Source of the DNA: Candidatus Poribacteria bacterium
Lineage (GTDB): Bacteria > Poribacteria > WGA-4E > PCPOR2b
Assembly: GCA_965218095.1 (NCBI GenBank)
Contig: OZ244587.1
Location: 1,792,001-1,856,000, forward strand
DNA length: 64,000 bases
Direction: 5' to 3'
This document shows positions 51,598 to 61,577 of this stretch, in pieces; the first letter of the stretch is position 1; each line of letters starts with the position of its first letter. Position numbers and translations under genes: made by a program. Under the pieces are notes generated by a model. That model did no database searches. It had not been told where the DNA came from and was given only the letters and a program-made list of their open reading frames with translations.

Positions 51598-52707
51598 TTA
51601 TCCGTTGCACTCAAGGCGAAATGGATCTAGCGACATCGACGGATTTCCACTTGTGATCAATTCGCAGATCAGTTTGCCCGTAATCGGCGCAAGGAGGATA
51701 CCGGTTTTGAAATGCCCCGATGCAATAATCACATTGTCGAAGCCGGACAGTTTTCCAAGATACGGGTCACCCTTCGCATAAGGACGCAGCCCCACCCATG
51801 TCTGCACAAAAGATCTCTCCGCAAGCGCCGGCACCAATGCAATACCAGCTTCAATCATCTGTCGTGTGCCTTCCAGTGTTGTCCGCTTGTCATAGCCTAC
51901 AAATTCGACCGTGGCACCAATCAATATCTTTCCATCAGACCGTGGGACCAGGTAAACCCCTCGCCCGTTGATGACGTGCCCCAGGATTGGCGGCATCACC
52001 TCAACTAACACAATCTGCCCACGCGCCGGCTCAATCGACAGCGAGTAGCCAAGCAGCGCAGCAATTCCGCCCGACCAGCACCCCGAGGCGATCGCGAAGG
52101 TATCTCCATAATGTGCTTCTCCGTTAACTTCGACCCCAGTAACACGGTCCCCTTCTCGCAAAAATGAGGTGACAGGATTCCCGAACAGAAATTCCGTCCC
52201 CAACAGCGCTGCCCCTTTCGCAAGCGCTCGCACAAGTTTGGGATTTCTGACCTGGGCATCGTGAGGAAAACGAACACCCCCGACAACTGACTTTGAGATT
52301 GCAGGCTCTAATTCCCACACCTGCGCTGCTGTCAACGCCTCTGCTGAGAAGCCGCGATCAAGCCGCCGCTCTGCCAATCCTGTTAATCCTTGCTTTTCTT
52401 CATCGGTGAAGCATACGGCAATCGAGCCGGATCGCACAAACTCAATGTCAATCTGCGTTTCCTCTTTTAACGCCTCTGCCAGCGCTGGATAAAGCGCCAG
52501 ACTCGCGCGGCAGAGCTCGGCGTAAGGCTCACGTGTCGATGCATGGGAAGCCAGGATTCCTGCCCCCGCCCATGATGCCTCTCTGCCAACACTATCGGCT
52601 TTATCAATAACCAGTGTCTTCACTTTTGCCCTGGCGAGGTTATAGGCAATGGCGCAGCCAATTACACCACCACCAATGATAACCACATCTGCCTTGTTGC
52701 TGCTCAA
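51598..52707 (-). CDS. thiO: Glycine oxidase
   Basis: IIGGGVIG, ASWAGAGIL, RGQI, YLVPR, GLRP, GHFKTGILLAP. Confidence 0.82.
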   Translation of the reverse strand: MSSNKADVVIIGGGVIGCAIAYNLARAKVKTLVIDKADSVGREASWAGAGILASHASTREPYAELCRASLALYPALAEALKEETQIDIEFVRSGSIAVCFTDEEKQGLTGLAERRLDRGFSAEALTAAQVWELEPAISKSVVGGVRFPHDAQVRNPKLVRALAKGAALLGTEFLFGNPVTSFLREGDRVTGVEVNGEAHYGDTFAIASGCWSGGIAALLGYSLSIEPARGQIVLVEVMPPILGHVINGRGVYLVPRSDGKILIGATVEFVGYDKRTTLEGTRQMIEAGIALVPALAERSFVQTWVGLRPYAKGDPYLGKLSGFDNVIIASGHFKTGILLAPITGKLICELITSGNPSMSLDPFRLECNG

Positions 52708-52851
52708 GATTTTCCTCCTTATTTCTCAGTGTGCAATTCTGGAAGCAAAGCACCATACCCCAAAATTCTTTGCTGATTATACATCAGATTAAATGAAAAG
52801 TACAGAAGATTATTTGTACAGACTCACACAAATATAAAAGGACCTTTTTTC

Positions 52852-52880
52852 TTGACACCTGATATGCCTGCTAGTATACT
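52852..52880 (+). promoter_or_regulatory. sigma70-like promoter
   Basis: TTGACA-17-TATACT. Confidence 0.65.
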
Positions 52881-52928
52881 ACCAAATAGTTTCGTCGGGC
52901 TGAATTCTTTATATCAACGGGAGGCTTC

Positions 52929-53642
52929 ATGAAAAGTGTCAAACAGTTTATCTTTTGCGGGATGTTCCTGCTGATTGCAATGAACGCCGCCTTTGCACAT
53001 ATCGTGGATCCAGATACAGGTCTTGACCTCCGTTATAAAGCTGAGTTAGCGGAGGTCGCGCCCGTGGTTGATGGGTTCCTTGACGATCCGGTGTGGACGG
53101 GGGCTATAGAAGGCAAGCTGGACCTGGAAATTAGAGAAGGCAAACGCTGGCGCGAGTCGGATGACTTCACAGGGAGTTTTGCTGCGGTGTGGCGTAGTGG
53201 ATCGCTCTACTTAGCCGTTCAATTGACTGATGACCAAGTTGAAACGCATGCCGAAAAATTCTCTCTTCGAGATCATCTGGAGTTCTATTTCGACATAGAT
53301 CATACAGGACACAAAAGCGATCCTTATCGCTACATTCTCCCGATCGGGGAAGACGCTACACTGTCTAACTCGCCGGGCATGTTTATTGCCTGGGGAAATG
53401 ATGGGCAATTTTGTGAGTTAAGCTTGAACTTAGAGCGTACGCCGAACAAAGAAGATGTCATCGGTTTCGGTATTTACTATAATGATGTTGATGAGGGGAG
53501 CCTGAACCATAGATTTGGCTGGGGACCGACCGGACATACTGAATCAGAAAACTCTCTTGCGGATTTGGTATTCACGGCGAAGCTAAGGCGAAATGTAAAC
53601 CAAAAAGCGATGCAATGGGGGCGTATCAAAAAGCTGTATTAA
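52929..53642 (+). CDS. Secreted CBM9/DOMON-like sugar-binding protein with C-terminal WGRIK motif
   Basis: Signal peptide, PVVDGFLDDPVW, LYLAVQLTDD, DHLEFYFD, IYYNDVD. Confidence 0.75.
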   Translation: MKSVKQFIFCGMFLLIAMNAAFAHIVDPDTGLDLRYKAELAEVAPVVDGFLDDPVWTGAIEGKLDLEIREGKRWRESDDFTGSFAAVWRSGSLYLAVQLTDDQVETHAEKFSLRDHLEFYFDIDHTGHKSDPYRYILPIGEDATLSNSPGMFIAWGNDGQFCELSLNLERTPNKEDVIGFGIYYNDVDEGSLNHRFGWGPTGHTESENSLADLVFTAKLRRNVNQKAMQWGRIKKLY

Positions 53643-53653
53643 CTATCGCGTAA

Positions 53654-53926
53654 ATGGTATTTGTTCCGCAACTTCAGAAGGCAAGTCGCTCACTCATCTC
53701 ACAAGGAAAATCGTCTGCAATTTCAAGCCAAATCCGGGGAAGAAATGTGTTTATCATTGGCAAAACATTAGAACTGATAGGGATGGCGTTTCTGGGAGCG
53801 GGTTTATATATTGGATGCGTTAACCCCTACGGATTGAGTGAAGGCGGTGCAATGGGCGCAGAGATAGGTTCACTTGTCGCAGGTATCTTGATCTTCTTTA
53901 TAGGCAGAGTGATGGAGAAACACTAA
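53654..53926 (+). CDS. Small two-TM membrane protein (start may be 53746)
   Basis: Two hydrophobic segments; follows the previous gene. Confidence 0.55.
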   Translation: MVFVPQLQKASRSLISQGKSSAISSQIRGRNVFIIGKTLELIGMAFLGAGLYIGCVNPYGLSEGGAMGAEIGSLVAGILIFFIGRVMEKH

Positions 53927-54041
53927 TCGTAACTTGCGTAACAAATCATGATTGCCCTGCTTGGGGTAATTGGATGGCAGTTGGAAGCGCCGGAAGAAAA
54001 ATGGTGAATAACACAGCCAATTTCATTCAACACAAGCACTG

Positions 54042-54073
54042 AAGCATCGAGAGTTTGCTCTCGATGCTTTTTT
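54042..54073 (+). terminator. Rho-independent terminator
   Basis: AAGCATCGAGAG-TTTG-CTCTCGATGCTT followed by a T tract. Confidence 0.85.
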
Positions 54074-54134
54074 AATGTCCACATCATTTAGAGCGTTCGC
54101 TCAATTTATCGCAGTGTGTAGCAACGTTTTAGCA

Positions 54135-54254
54135 GGATCATGTATGATTATCTCACATTTACATCAACTATTCAATGAAGAAACGTGTCAAGCATACTTT
54201 CATACGTTGTGCTGGAAGGATCGCTCCTTACTGAAAGGTACAGAGTCATTCTAA
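54135..54254 (+). mobile_element. IS1595-family transposase 5' remnant
   Basis: GGATCATGT end followed by MIISHLHQLFNEETCQAYFHTLCWKD, resembling the IS1595 N-terminus before the Zn ribbon. Confidence 0.5.
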
Positions 54255-54685
54255 AATGATAAATTGGGGAGAAATTCCCAATGCACCACTATCTACGCCA
54301 GAAAGGACCGGTGATGTGTCCTGAAATGGGTTTTGTTAACGCTGACGCTGTTTGTGTTCAGGTGTCGTAACGATGATGAAGCACCCAAAACCCAAGTCAG
54401 CCGCAATTTGTTCTGAGTCCGTCAGATGATGGTTTTCTCACAAACGCATACGTCAAAGTCGATGCGAGTCAATTTGGTCAAACCCATGGTGAGGTTGAAG
54501 TTCAAGTGGATTGGGGCGATGGATAGCAAACCTCCTTGAAGGTGGAATTTACCTGTCGTCGGGATTTGGCAATCTCGTCCACTTTGACGACTTTGAAGTT
54601 CGATACGATTCGGCAGTACGATAACCTGCTGGCAAATCTGGGCTAATTTTTCGAATCGGTGATTTGGTATACGAGGAGAAACAAC

Positions 54686-55285
54686 ATGGAAGAAACTCAC
54701 GAAGCGAACGCGTTAATCGAGCAATTGGAATATGGGGATGATGAGGAACGTATGGCGGCAGTTTCAGCATTGACTGAAATTGGTGAACTGGCAATCCCGG
54801 CATTGATTGAAGCGTTAGGAAGTCTGGTTTGGGATGCTTGCGATGGTGCCGCTGAAGCATTAGCTGAGATTGGTGAGCCGGCTGTCCCGGTACTGATAGA
54901 AGCGTTAGGGGACGAGCGACATATCAGCATCAACGCCGCCGATGCGTTAGCCCGGATGGGCGAGCCGGCTGTCCCGGCATTGATTGGGGCATCGCGTGAT
55001 ACATATCAATCCGTTCGCGAACACGCGATTCGTGCATTGGGTGACATCGGTGAACCGGCGAAAACAGCAGTTCCGGAATTGATTCAAGCATTGCGCGACG
55101 GAGATCAGGATATTCGCGCCAATGCCGCCATTGCCCTAGCAAACATTGGTGCGCCTGCTAGGGACGCTGTCCCGGCATTGATTGATGCACTGCGTGATGA
55201 ATCCGAACGGGTTTGTGAATATTCGGCTTTTGCACTACAAAGGATCGGCACGCCAGCAGCCAAAAAAGCATTGAATGCGCTGTGA
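54686..55285 (+). CDS. HEAT/PBS-lyase repeat protein
   Basis: Repeated AL..IGEPAVPALI.AL.D units; RBS GAGGAG. Confidence 0.92.
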   Translation: MEETHEANALIEQLEYGDDEERMAAVSALTEIGELAIPALIEALGSLVWDACDGAAEALAEIGEPAVPVLIEALGDERHISINAADALARMGEPAVPALIGASRDTYQSVREHAIRALGDIGEPAKTAVPELIQALRDGDQDIRANAAIALANIGAPARDAVPALIDALRDESERVCEYSAFALQRIGTPAAKKALNAL

Positions 55286-55319
55286 CTCCCACATCTCACG
55301 CTAGCAAAAGGAGTCGTGG

Positions 55320-55721
55320 ACGATAAGCCAAATCGAACTTCGCACCCATCGCCAGACTGAGTTTATTCCCATCACCGACCAAATCCAAAAGGTGGTAAGG
55401 GATAGTAGTATTGAAAACGGTGTCTGCTGCATTTATGTTCCCCATACGACCGCAGCCGTTACCATTAACGAGAATGCCGATCCAATGGTCGCCCACGACA
55501 TCCTGCGCGTTGTGAACCGAATCGCCCCATTCAGAGACGACGGGTATCGCCATATCGAAGCAAATTCTGCGGCGCATGTCAAAGCTTGTTTGTTTGGGAC
55601 TTCTGAAACCATTTTGATCCAGAATCGTCGCCTGGCTCTTGGCAGATGGCAAGGCATCTTTTTCTGCGAATTTGATGGTCCCAGGGGTCGGCAGATCTAT
55701 TTGAAAAGAATTGAAGGGTAA
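55320..55721 (+). CDS. yjbQ: YjbQ/UPF0047 secondary thiamine-phosphate synthase family; apparent ACG start
   Basis: PHTTAAVTINENADP, NSAAHVKA, LGRWQGIFFCEFDGPR; frame extends upstream to ACG 55320 after AAGGAG. Confidence 0.85.
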   Translation, partial: TISQIELRTHRQTEFIPITDQIQKVVRDSSIENGVCCIYVPHTTAAVTINENADPMVAHDILRVVNRIAPFRDDGYRHIEANSAAHVKACLFGTSETILIQNRRLALGRWQGIFFCEFDGPRGRQIYLKRIEG

Positions 55722-55776
55722 CCGACTGCGAGTTTATATAAATCGCTGTTGGTCTGTCAATCTTGAATTGATGGAT

Positions 55777-55831
55777 GGGAGGGCGAGGCTCCCGCCGAGC
55801 CAAATCAGTTTGGTAGGAATCTCACCCTCCC
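55777..55831. repeat. GGAGGGCGAGG-type REP-like palindrome
   Basis: GGGAGGGCGAGGCTCCCGCCGAGCC ... TTTGGTAGGAATCTCACCCTCCC imperfect inverted pair. Confidence 0.55.
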
Positions 55832-56244
55832 ATGTCAACCTGACTCAATTGAAACAACCTATCCATCAAACTAAACTTGATGAAACACTCTGTGTTTCCC
55901 CCGCTTTATCATATTTCCTTGGATTCTATTTCTCAGGGAAAATCATCCAATACGGTGACGATTCTGAATTGATTAAGCCGGATTATGAAGTCCGTCATCT
56001 TTACGATTGGCAACGCTTCAAGAATAAGTTCAAGTGGCCTGTCAAATTAGAACACACTGTCACTATCAACGGTATTGATTTCGTGCATATATACAAAGTT
56101 GTTACGAAAGAGTAAGAGGTGCGGACACCATAAGAATGGGATCCTTCTCTAAAAAGATGAGATTTGTCGAATAAGGCACGGATGGAAATTGGCAATCGCT
56201 GTAATCTCTGTGCATTCACATTCCGGCAGAAGTACGGATGACGA

Positions 56245-57243
56245 CTATTGATAGTCCTTCTCCAATCTCGCCAACGGTGTCCACACAATGAACACACCCG
56301 CTCCCCCAGGTTGGTCCGGATCTAGATCGTAAAAGACCGTGCCAAGCGTCTCAGCATCGATCTGCACCGTGCGTGGCCAACCACGCCCGGCAATCCGCCG
56401 GCCCGGGTTGTAAACTTCAAAAGCATCGTCGAAGTTCCAGGTCTTGCCATCATCACGCGATAGCACCAATTCGTAACTAAATTCCCCATCGACTCCGACG
56501 CCGTAGACGATGTATGTCAACACAATCCAGCCGTTGATCAACACCGTGAGGTCGTACCCGGCGACACCGAAGTGTGGGAAAACGCCCAACGCACCCCAGG
56601 TGCTGCCGTCGTCCGTAGAACGAAGCCCGCTGACCATGTTCCCCGGCACACCGACGGGCACGGGTGCATTGGCTTGCGGCGCGCCGCTGATTAGCGTTCC
56701 TTTGGAGGTGCGAACGATCGGTACCATGCCGTGGTTGCAGCCATCGCCAAAAGGCGTGACGGATTCGGTCTGCATATTGTAAAGAACTGTGCGGTCATAG
56801 AAAGGACACACCCACTCATCTGTTGACCATTCGGCCACCGCGTGGCGCATGCAGGTATAATTGGTGTGATCGGTAATCGGATAATCCTGCGGTGTTGACC
56901 AAGTTTCGCCTTCATTCGTGCTAATCGAAAATTGTGGCTCCCGCCATAGTCTCTCTGCTGCTTTGCAGTAACAGGACCAGTTGAGTAATATCCGTCCGTC
57001 GCTCAACGTCGTCAGGGAGCCCGGATAGATCGAGCAGTCGCGGATAACGGGAATCGGCACCGGGTTGCTCCATGTCGCGCCGGCATCGCTGGAGCGGCTC
57101 AACAGGAGTTCTTTGCCACCGCTGCCTTCTTTATTGTAGACGACGAGTGTTGCACCACTGAGGGTGACACAGACAGCCGGATGGACGTGTCCGCCGATGA
57201 CATCGGCGATGCGTATCGGTTCAGCGGTACTATTTTTGATCAT
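56245..57243 (-). CDS. BNR/Asp-box sialidase-family protein
   Basis: SSDAGATW, STNEGETW, STDDGSTW, SRDDGKTW. Confidence 0.85.
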   Translation of the reverse strand: MIKNSTAEPIRIADVIGGHVHPAVCVTLSGATLVVYNKEGSGGKELLLSRSSDAGATWSNPVPIPVIRDCSIYPGSLTTLSDGRILLNWSCYCKAAERLWREPQFSISTNEGETWSTPQDYPITDHTNYTCMRHAVAEWSTDEWVCPFYDRTVLYNMQTESVTPFGDGCNHGMVPIVRTSKGTLISGAPQANAPVPVGVPGNMVSGLRSTDDGSTWGALGVFPHFGVAGYDLTVLINGWIVLTYIVYGVGVDGEFSYELVLSRDDGKTWNFDDAFEVYNPGRRIAGRGWPRTVQIDAETLGTVFYDLDPDQPGGAGVFIVWTPLARLEKDYQ

Positions 57244-57938
57244 CGTTCATCATACCTCATCATTGTAATTTGACTTTGGTAAATTGGCCCCCCGGCCCCC
57301 AATCCCTTACCTTTTACCCACAAGTTTTCAACGCCCCCGTTGCACGGGATCTCGCTTCGCTAGAGACTTGTGGGACACAGCTTCTGGCGATTCCTGAAGG
57401 CAAAAGGGGAAAATGGAAACCCGCTCCCATGCTCCCTCCGATTTCTGGGGGAGTTGGTTGGGGGTATAGTGCCAAATATATGACCAACAACCAACATCAG
57501 CAGGATTTCTATTGCTTGGTCGCAGTTTTGGCGAAAGTTATCAGTTATCGTAGAGAAGCCAGCGATAAAATCAAAGCAATTCTTTCAAATCCAGGAGCAT
57601 TTTCATCCAAGTATAAGGCTCTATCCCCGAGGTGTCAAGCATTTTTCATATTTGGAAACGTCAGTTTTATCTCTTTGGTCTTTGCAATTGTAGTGTAATA
57701 GTATGGGATAGCACAAGAAAAGACTGGCAAGGCGCAAATGTAAAATTTACCAAGATTTCCCAGATGAATCCTTAAAATTTGGGATAACTCATGTCTCGTT
57801 ACCAATTTAATTCCTTTTCTCTCGACTGTATCGATCCATCGTGATATAATCTCTGTATTGCTTGACGACGAGCGAAAGGGTACTGGTTCATGTCGATTAA
57901 AATCGTCAAAAACTCTCCAAAGGAGGATACAAGTTACC

Positions 57939-58358
57939 ATGCTGAAACTGAACCATCCCATTGTTGACATTGCCATCACGTGCAGTAACTTCGAGGAGTC
58001 ACTTCACTTCTACCACGAATGCTTAGGGCTAGAGATTGTCCTAGACATCCAGATTCCTGAAGACGTGGCAAAAGGCGCCGGACTGGCACCGCGGGGATTT
58101 CACCAGGTCCGGCTGAAAGCCGGGGACACGCTGATTAAGCTGATGGACATCGAATCACCACCCCCAATGCCCTCCCGCGACTTCGCGGCTGGCGTGCGAT
58201 GGCTGACCTTTTTCGTCGAGGACGTGTGGGGAACCGTAGCGGAACTCAAGCAGAAGGGCGTGGAATTCCTGTCCGACCCTGTCGGGGCGCCGGATGCTGG
58301 AGGTGTGGTGTGCGCCAGAGATCCGGACGGTATCCTGATTGAGCTTGTGCAGAGATGA
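57939..58358 (+). CDS. VOC/glyoxalase family protein
   Basis: SLHFYHECLGL, RDPDGILIELVQ; RBS AGGAGG. Confidence 0.9.
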   Translation: MLKLNHPIVDIAITCSNFEESLHFYHECLGLEIVLDIQIPEDVAKGAGLAPRGFHQVRLKAGDTLIKLMDIESPPPMPSRDFAAGVRWLTFFVEDVWGTVAELKQKGVEFLSDPVGAPDAGGVVCARDPDGILIELVQR

Positions 58359-58373
58359 AGGGAAACACTGAAA

Positions 58374-59147
58374 ATGATAGGCGCAATCGCTGGAGACATT
58401 ATCGGTTCCGTTTATGAGGCATATAATATCAAGACAGCGGATTTCCCCCTCTTTAGCCCGCATTGTCGTTTTACCGATGATACGGTGCTTACCGTGGCTT
58501 TAGCGGATAGCATACTTTACGGTTCGAGTTATGTGGAGAGGTTAAAAGAGTACTTTTGGTGTTATCCGTATGCGGGCTATGGTGAAACATTCAGTATGTG
58601 GGCGACGTCGGAGAGTTGGGAACCGTACAACAGTTGGGGAAATGGTTCAGCGATGCGGGCCAGCCCGGTTGGTTTTGTCTGCGATACTTTGGAAGAAGTG
58701 CTAGAACGTGCCAAAGAAAGCGCCGAAGTCACGCATAATCACGCGGAGGGCATAAAAGTCGCCCAGGCGACAGCTTCAGCGATCTTCTTTGCAAAATCCG
58801 GACAAAGCAAGGCGGAAATAAAAGCGTATATTGAGGAAACCTTCCAATACGATCTGAGGAAATCCCTCGACGAAATTCGGCCGTACTATCGATTCGACAT
58901 TTCTTGTCAAGGCTCAGTCCCCCAGGCAATCACTGCTTTTCTTGAGTCGCACGATTATGAGGACGCTGTGCGGAAAGCAATTTCGATTGGCAGGGATAGC
59001 GATACGATTGCGTGTATCACCGGCGGAATCGCTCAAGCGTTTTATCAAGGTGTGCCAGATTGGATCAAAACGAAGGTTTTTGAAATACTCGATGAGAGAC
59101 TAAAGCAGGTGACCTATGCGTTTACGGAAAGGTATTCGTGTGGTTGA
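58374..59147 (+). CDS. ADP-ribosylglycohydrolase family protein
   Basis: GAIAGDIIGS, FTDDT, GNGSAMR, THNH, DSDTIA. Confidence 0.92.
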   Translation: MIGAIAGDIIGSVYEAYNIKTADFPLFSPHCRFTDDTVLTVALADSILYGSSYVERLKEYFWCYPYAGYGETFSMWATSESWEPYNSWGNGSAMRASPVGFVCDTLEEVLERAKESAEVTHNHAEGIKVAQATASAIFFAKSGQSKAEIKAYIEETFQYDLRKSLDEIRPYYRFDISCQGSVPQAITAFLESHDYEDAVRKAISIGRDSDTIACITGGIAQAFYQGVPDWIKTKVFEILDERLKQVTYAFTERYSCG

Positions 59148-59180
59148 GTCATGCAAAACCTGTTGATTAAGGAGGGCTCT

Positions 59181-59339
59181 TAGTTTGACTTTGTTACATT
59201 CGCCCCACGACCCCCAATTCCCCGATGGATCGGGGCAGGCTTCAGGAGTTTTTGCGATTCTCCCCAGCATCGGGGGGCCGGGGGGCAAGCCACCAGTGGA
59301 TCTGCCGATGAGTTCTTTTAATCTAACAAAGTCAAGTTA
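59181..59339. mobile_element. MITE-like shell with TTGACTTTGTTA inverted ends enclosing several repeat types
   Basis: TTGACTTTGTTA (59185) / TAACAAAGTCAA (59324); the same left end occurs at 46328 and 57270. Confidence 0.6.
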
Positions 59340-59465
59340 GATGCCTGAGGAGAATACGGAAGTCCACCACACAAATGCCGATGAACATAGGCAAGCAATT
59401 ACGGGCGCCTATGTTCGCAGTGGAGGCGAAGTCCCGATAGTCGATGATTGAGGAGGGATTAGACG

Positions 59466-59966
59466 GTGAAACCGGTAAGAATGATTCTTCTGTTATGCTT
59501 GACTTTTATTCCTTCGCTGGGGTGTGGAAAGGCGTATCAATCTATTACTGCCGATAATCTGGGGATGCAATTGAATGGTTACGAAGGACAACGCATATCA
59601 ATTGTTGGCATTCCCGAAACGCCGCAACGTCATGATTTCTTGCCACCAACCCCGCTACGTGATGGACAATGGACGCTTATTGTCAACAGCGTCAGATGTA
59701 CAGAGACAATCAATTTTGAAAATGAACCCCGCCTCAGATCCATGCTTCAGATAGCAGCGGCTGCCCGACGGGCAAATCGTCCAATCAAAGTTTCAGGAGT
59801 GGTTAAGGCGGGGCAGTTAGAGATGGAGTATTTTGAATGGATTCGCACGGATACGGCATGGTATAAAAATAAGAATCCGTACTATTCCTACGGCGAGTAT
59901 TATGAATGGTATCCCTTCGCTTATCGCCCGAATTCTCGAGTCCTCAGGGCTTTGGGACCGAGATAG
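59466..59966 (+). CDS. Hypothetical lipoprotein
   Basis: SLGC lipobox, RBS GGAGG, Tyr-rich C-terminus. Confidence 0.65.
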   Translation: MKPVRMILLLCLTFIPSLGCGKAYQSITADNLGMQLNGYEGQRISIVGIPETPQRHDFLPPTPLRDGQWTLIVNSVRCTETINFENEPRLRSMLQIAAAARRANRPIKVSGVVKAGQLEMEYFEWIRTDTAWYKNKNPYYSYGEYYEWYPFAYRPNSRVLRALGPR

Positions 59967-60129
59967 TCCCTATCCGGTGAACTGTTTCCTCGGTGGCATT
60001 GTCAGTCTGGAAGGCGGCTACTACGAAAAATAAACCTTTTGCCCTGCCAACCCGCCTCAACGCCCCAGATTCTGGCAGAAATTCGGTGTCAAATTGGGCA
60101 CCGCTGTCAAAAGTGGATCTTTCAAAAGG

Positions 60130-61373
60130 TCAGGCAAATAACTTTCTCAGTTCATCCGTATTTCCTCTTACCTTTCGAATGGCTTCGATAATCAAATCCA
60201 TGTCCTCTTTTTCACCGAGGAAATATCGATGGCTGATGGATAGGGCTTCGGTTTGGTGAATGCGTTCCGCTTCGGGGCAGTGACCGTTTGTGTAGTCAAC
60301 CCGCTGTGGCAACTTTATCGGGCAAGTATCGAGCGATTGGAACAGTGGATTGTGATAAATTGGTGAGCCGTGACCACCCACCGCGATGGGGCACCTTCCG
60401 CATTGACCGCTTCAAGGAATAGGTGTCTTGGAATGCCATCAAATTCTACTTGCCTGTATCTGAAGTTCCAATAATAGATGCCCCAACGGGTCACACGCGG
60501 GTCCCTCTCAAAAGGTTCGATGCCATCAATCTCCTTTAACCGCTCCCCCAAATAAGTGAAATTCTTTTCACGTCTGTCAATTTGCTTATCAAGCCGCCCA
60601 AGCTGTGTGAGTAGAATGGCTGCCGTCCACTCCGGCATCCGAAAGTTGGAAGTTGTTGCCAAACGTTTTGACTTGTCCTTTCGTTCCGTCCACCGTCCCA
60701 AGTCCATGTAGGCGTACAATCTCTCCCGGAGTTGGATCGCATTTGTCAGCACGATTCCACCTTCCCCACCCGCAAGCGACTTCCCCGCCATAAGGCTGAA
60801 CGCTCCCAAATGCCCGATTGTACCAACGCGACTTCCTTTCCACTCCGAACCGTGTGCGTGAGAACAATCTTCGATAATCGTCAAATTCTGCTTTTGGGAA
60901 ACTCCCATGATGGTGTCCATTTCTGCCGGATAGCCGCCGTTATGTACAACCACAGCCGCACGAGTCTTGTCGGTGATGGCCGCTTCCATCGCTTTTGGGC
61001 TGATATTGTAATTGGATGGGTCAACATCGACAAACACCGGAACCGCATGAATGAACAAGGCGCACGTCGCCGAAGCGAAGAAACTGAGCGCGGGGACAAG
61101 GACTTCATCGCCCGGCTCCACCCCAGCAGCCATCAATGCACAGATGAGAGCCTGTGTGCCAGAAGTTGTTGTGACGCCATACTTGGCGTGTTGATAGGCG
61201 GAAAAGGTGTCTTCAAACTCTTGGACCTTTGAGTCTTCTCCACCACCGCACCAGTGTTCGCTGTGAAGCACTTCGCGCAAAGCATGCTCCTCGCGCTCGT
61301 CCCAGATGGGCCACGCTTTGCCCAAGGGACGCTGGATGACTCGCTCTCCGCCTGAAATTGCTAATTTTACCAT
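60130..61373 (-). pseudogene. DegT/DnrJ/EryC1/StrS aminotransferase with -1 frameshift at about 60390
   Basis: SGTQAL, IIEDCSHAHG, FSLMAGKSL.GEGG, NFRM; EGAP(I)AVGGHGSPIY is split between two frames. Confidence 0.88.
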
Positions 61374-61577
61374 GTTTGATTCCCCTTAAATTTTAAGCAC
61401 TCCGTTGTTGGCAGGTCTAACAAAAATATAGTCCCTATCGATTGCTTTTGCCAAAAAAATCGACATTGTTACTCATCACTTCTCACTCCCCACGCCGGAC
61501 ACCAGACAACGGATGCAGCGTTGGCCGACTTTCTCAAGGGTTTAGTGATAGTACACCATCCCGTTCCTCCTTCATCT

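Noticed and set aside
54686-55285. Internal DNA repeats (GCTGTCCCGGCATTGATTG) as a mobile element or DGR template/variable pair
   Set aside because: Explained by HEAT protein repeats; no reverse transcriptase and no adenine-specific variation
55832-56115. Low-GC ORFs at 55711-56115 and 57635-57979, and fragments at 22102-22293 and 54330-54650, as genes
   Set aside because: They lack credible starts, incorporate repeat sequence or contain stops; probably debris of foreign genes with no assignable family
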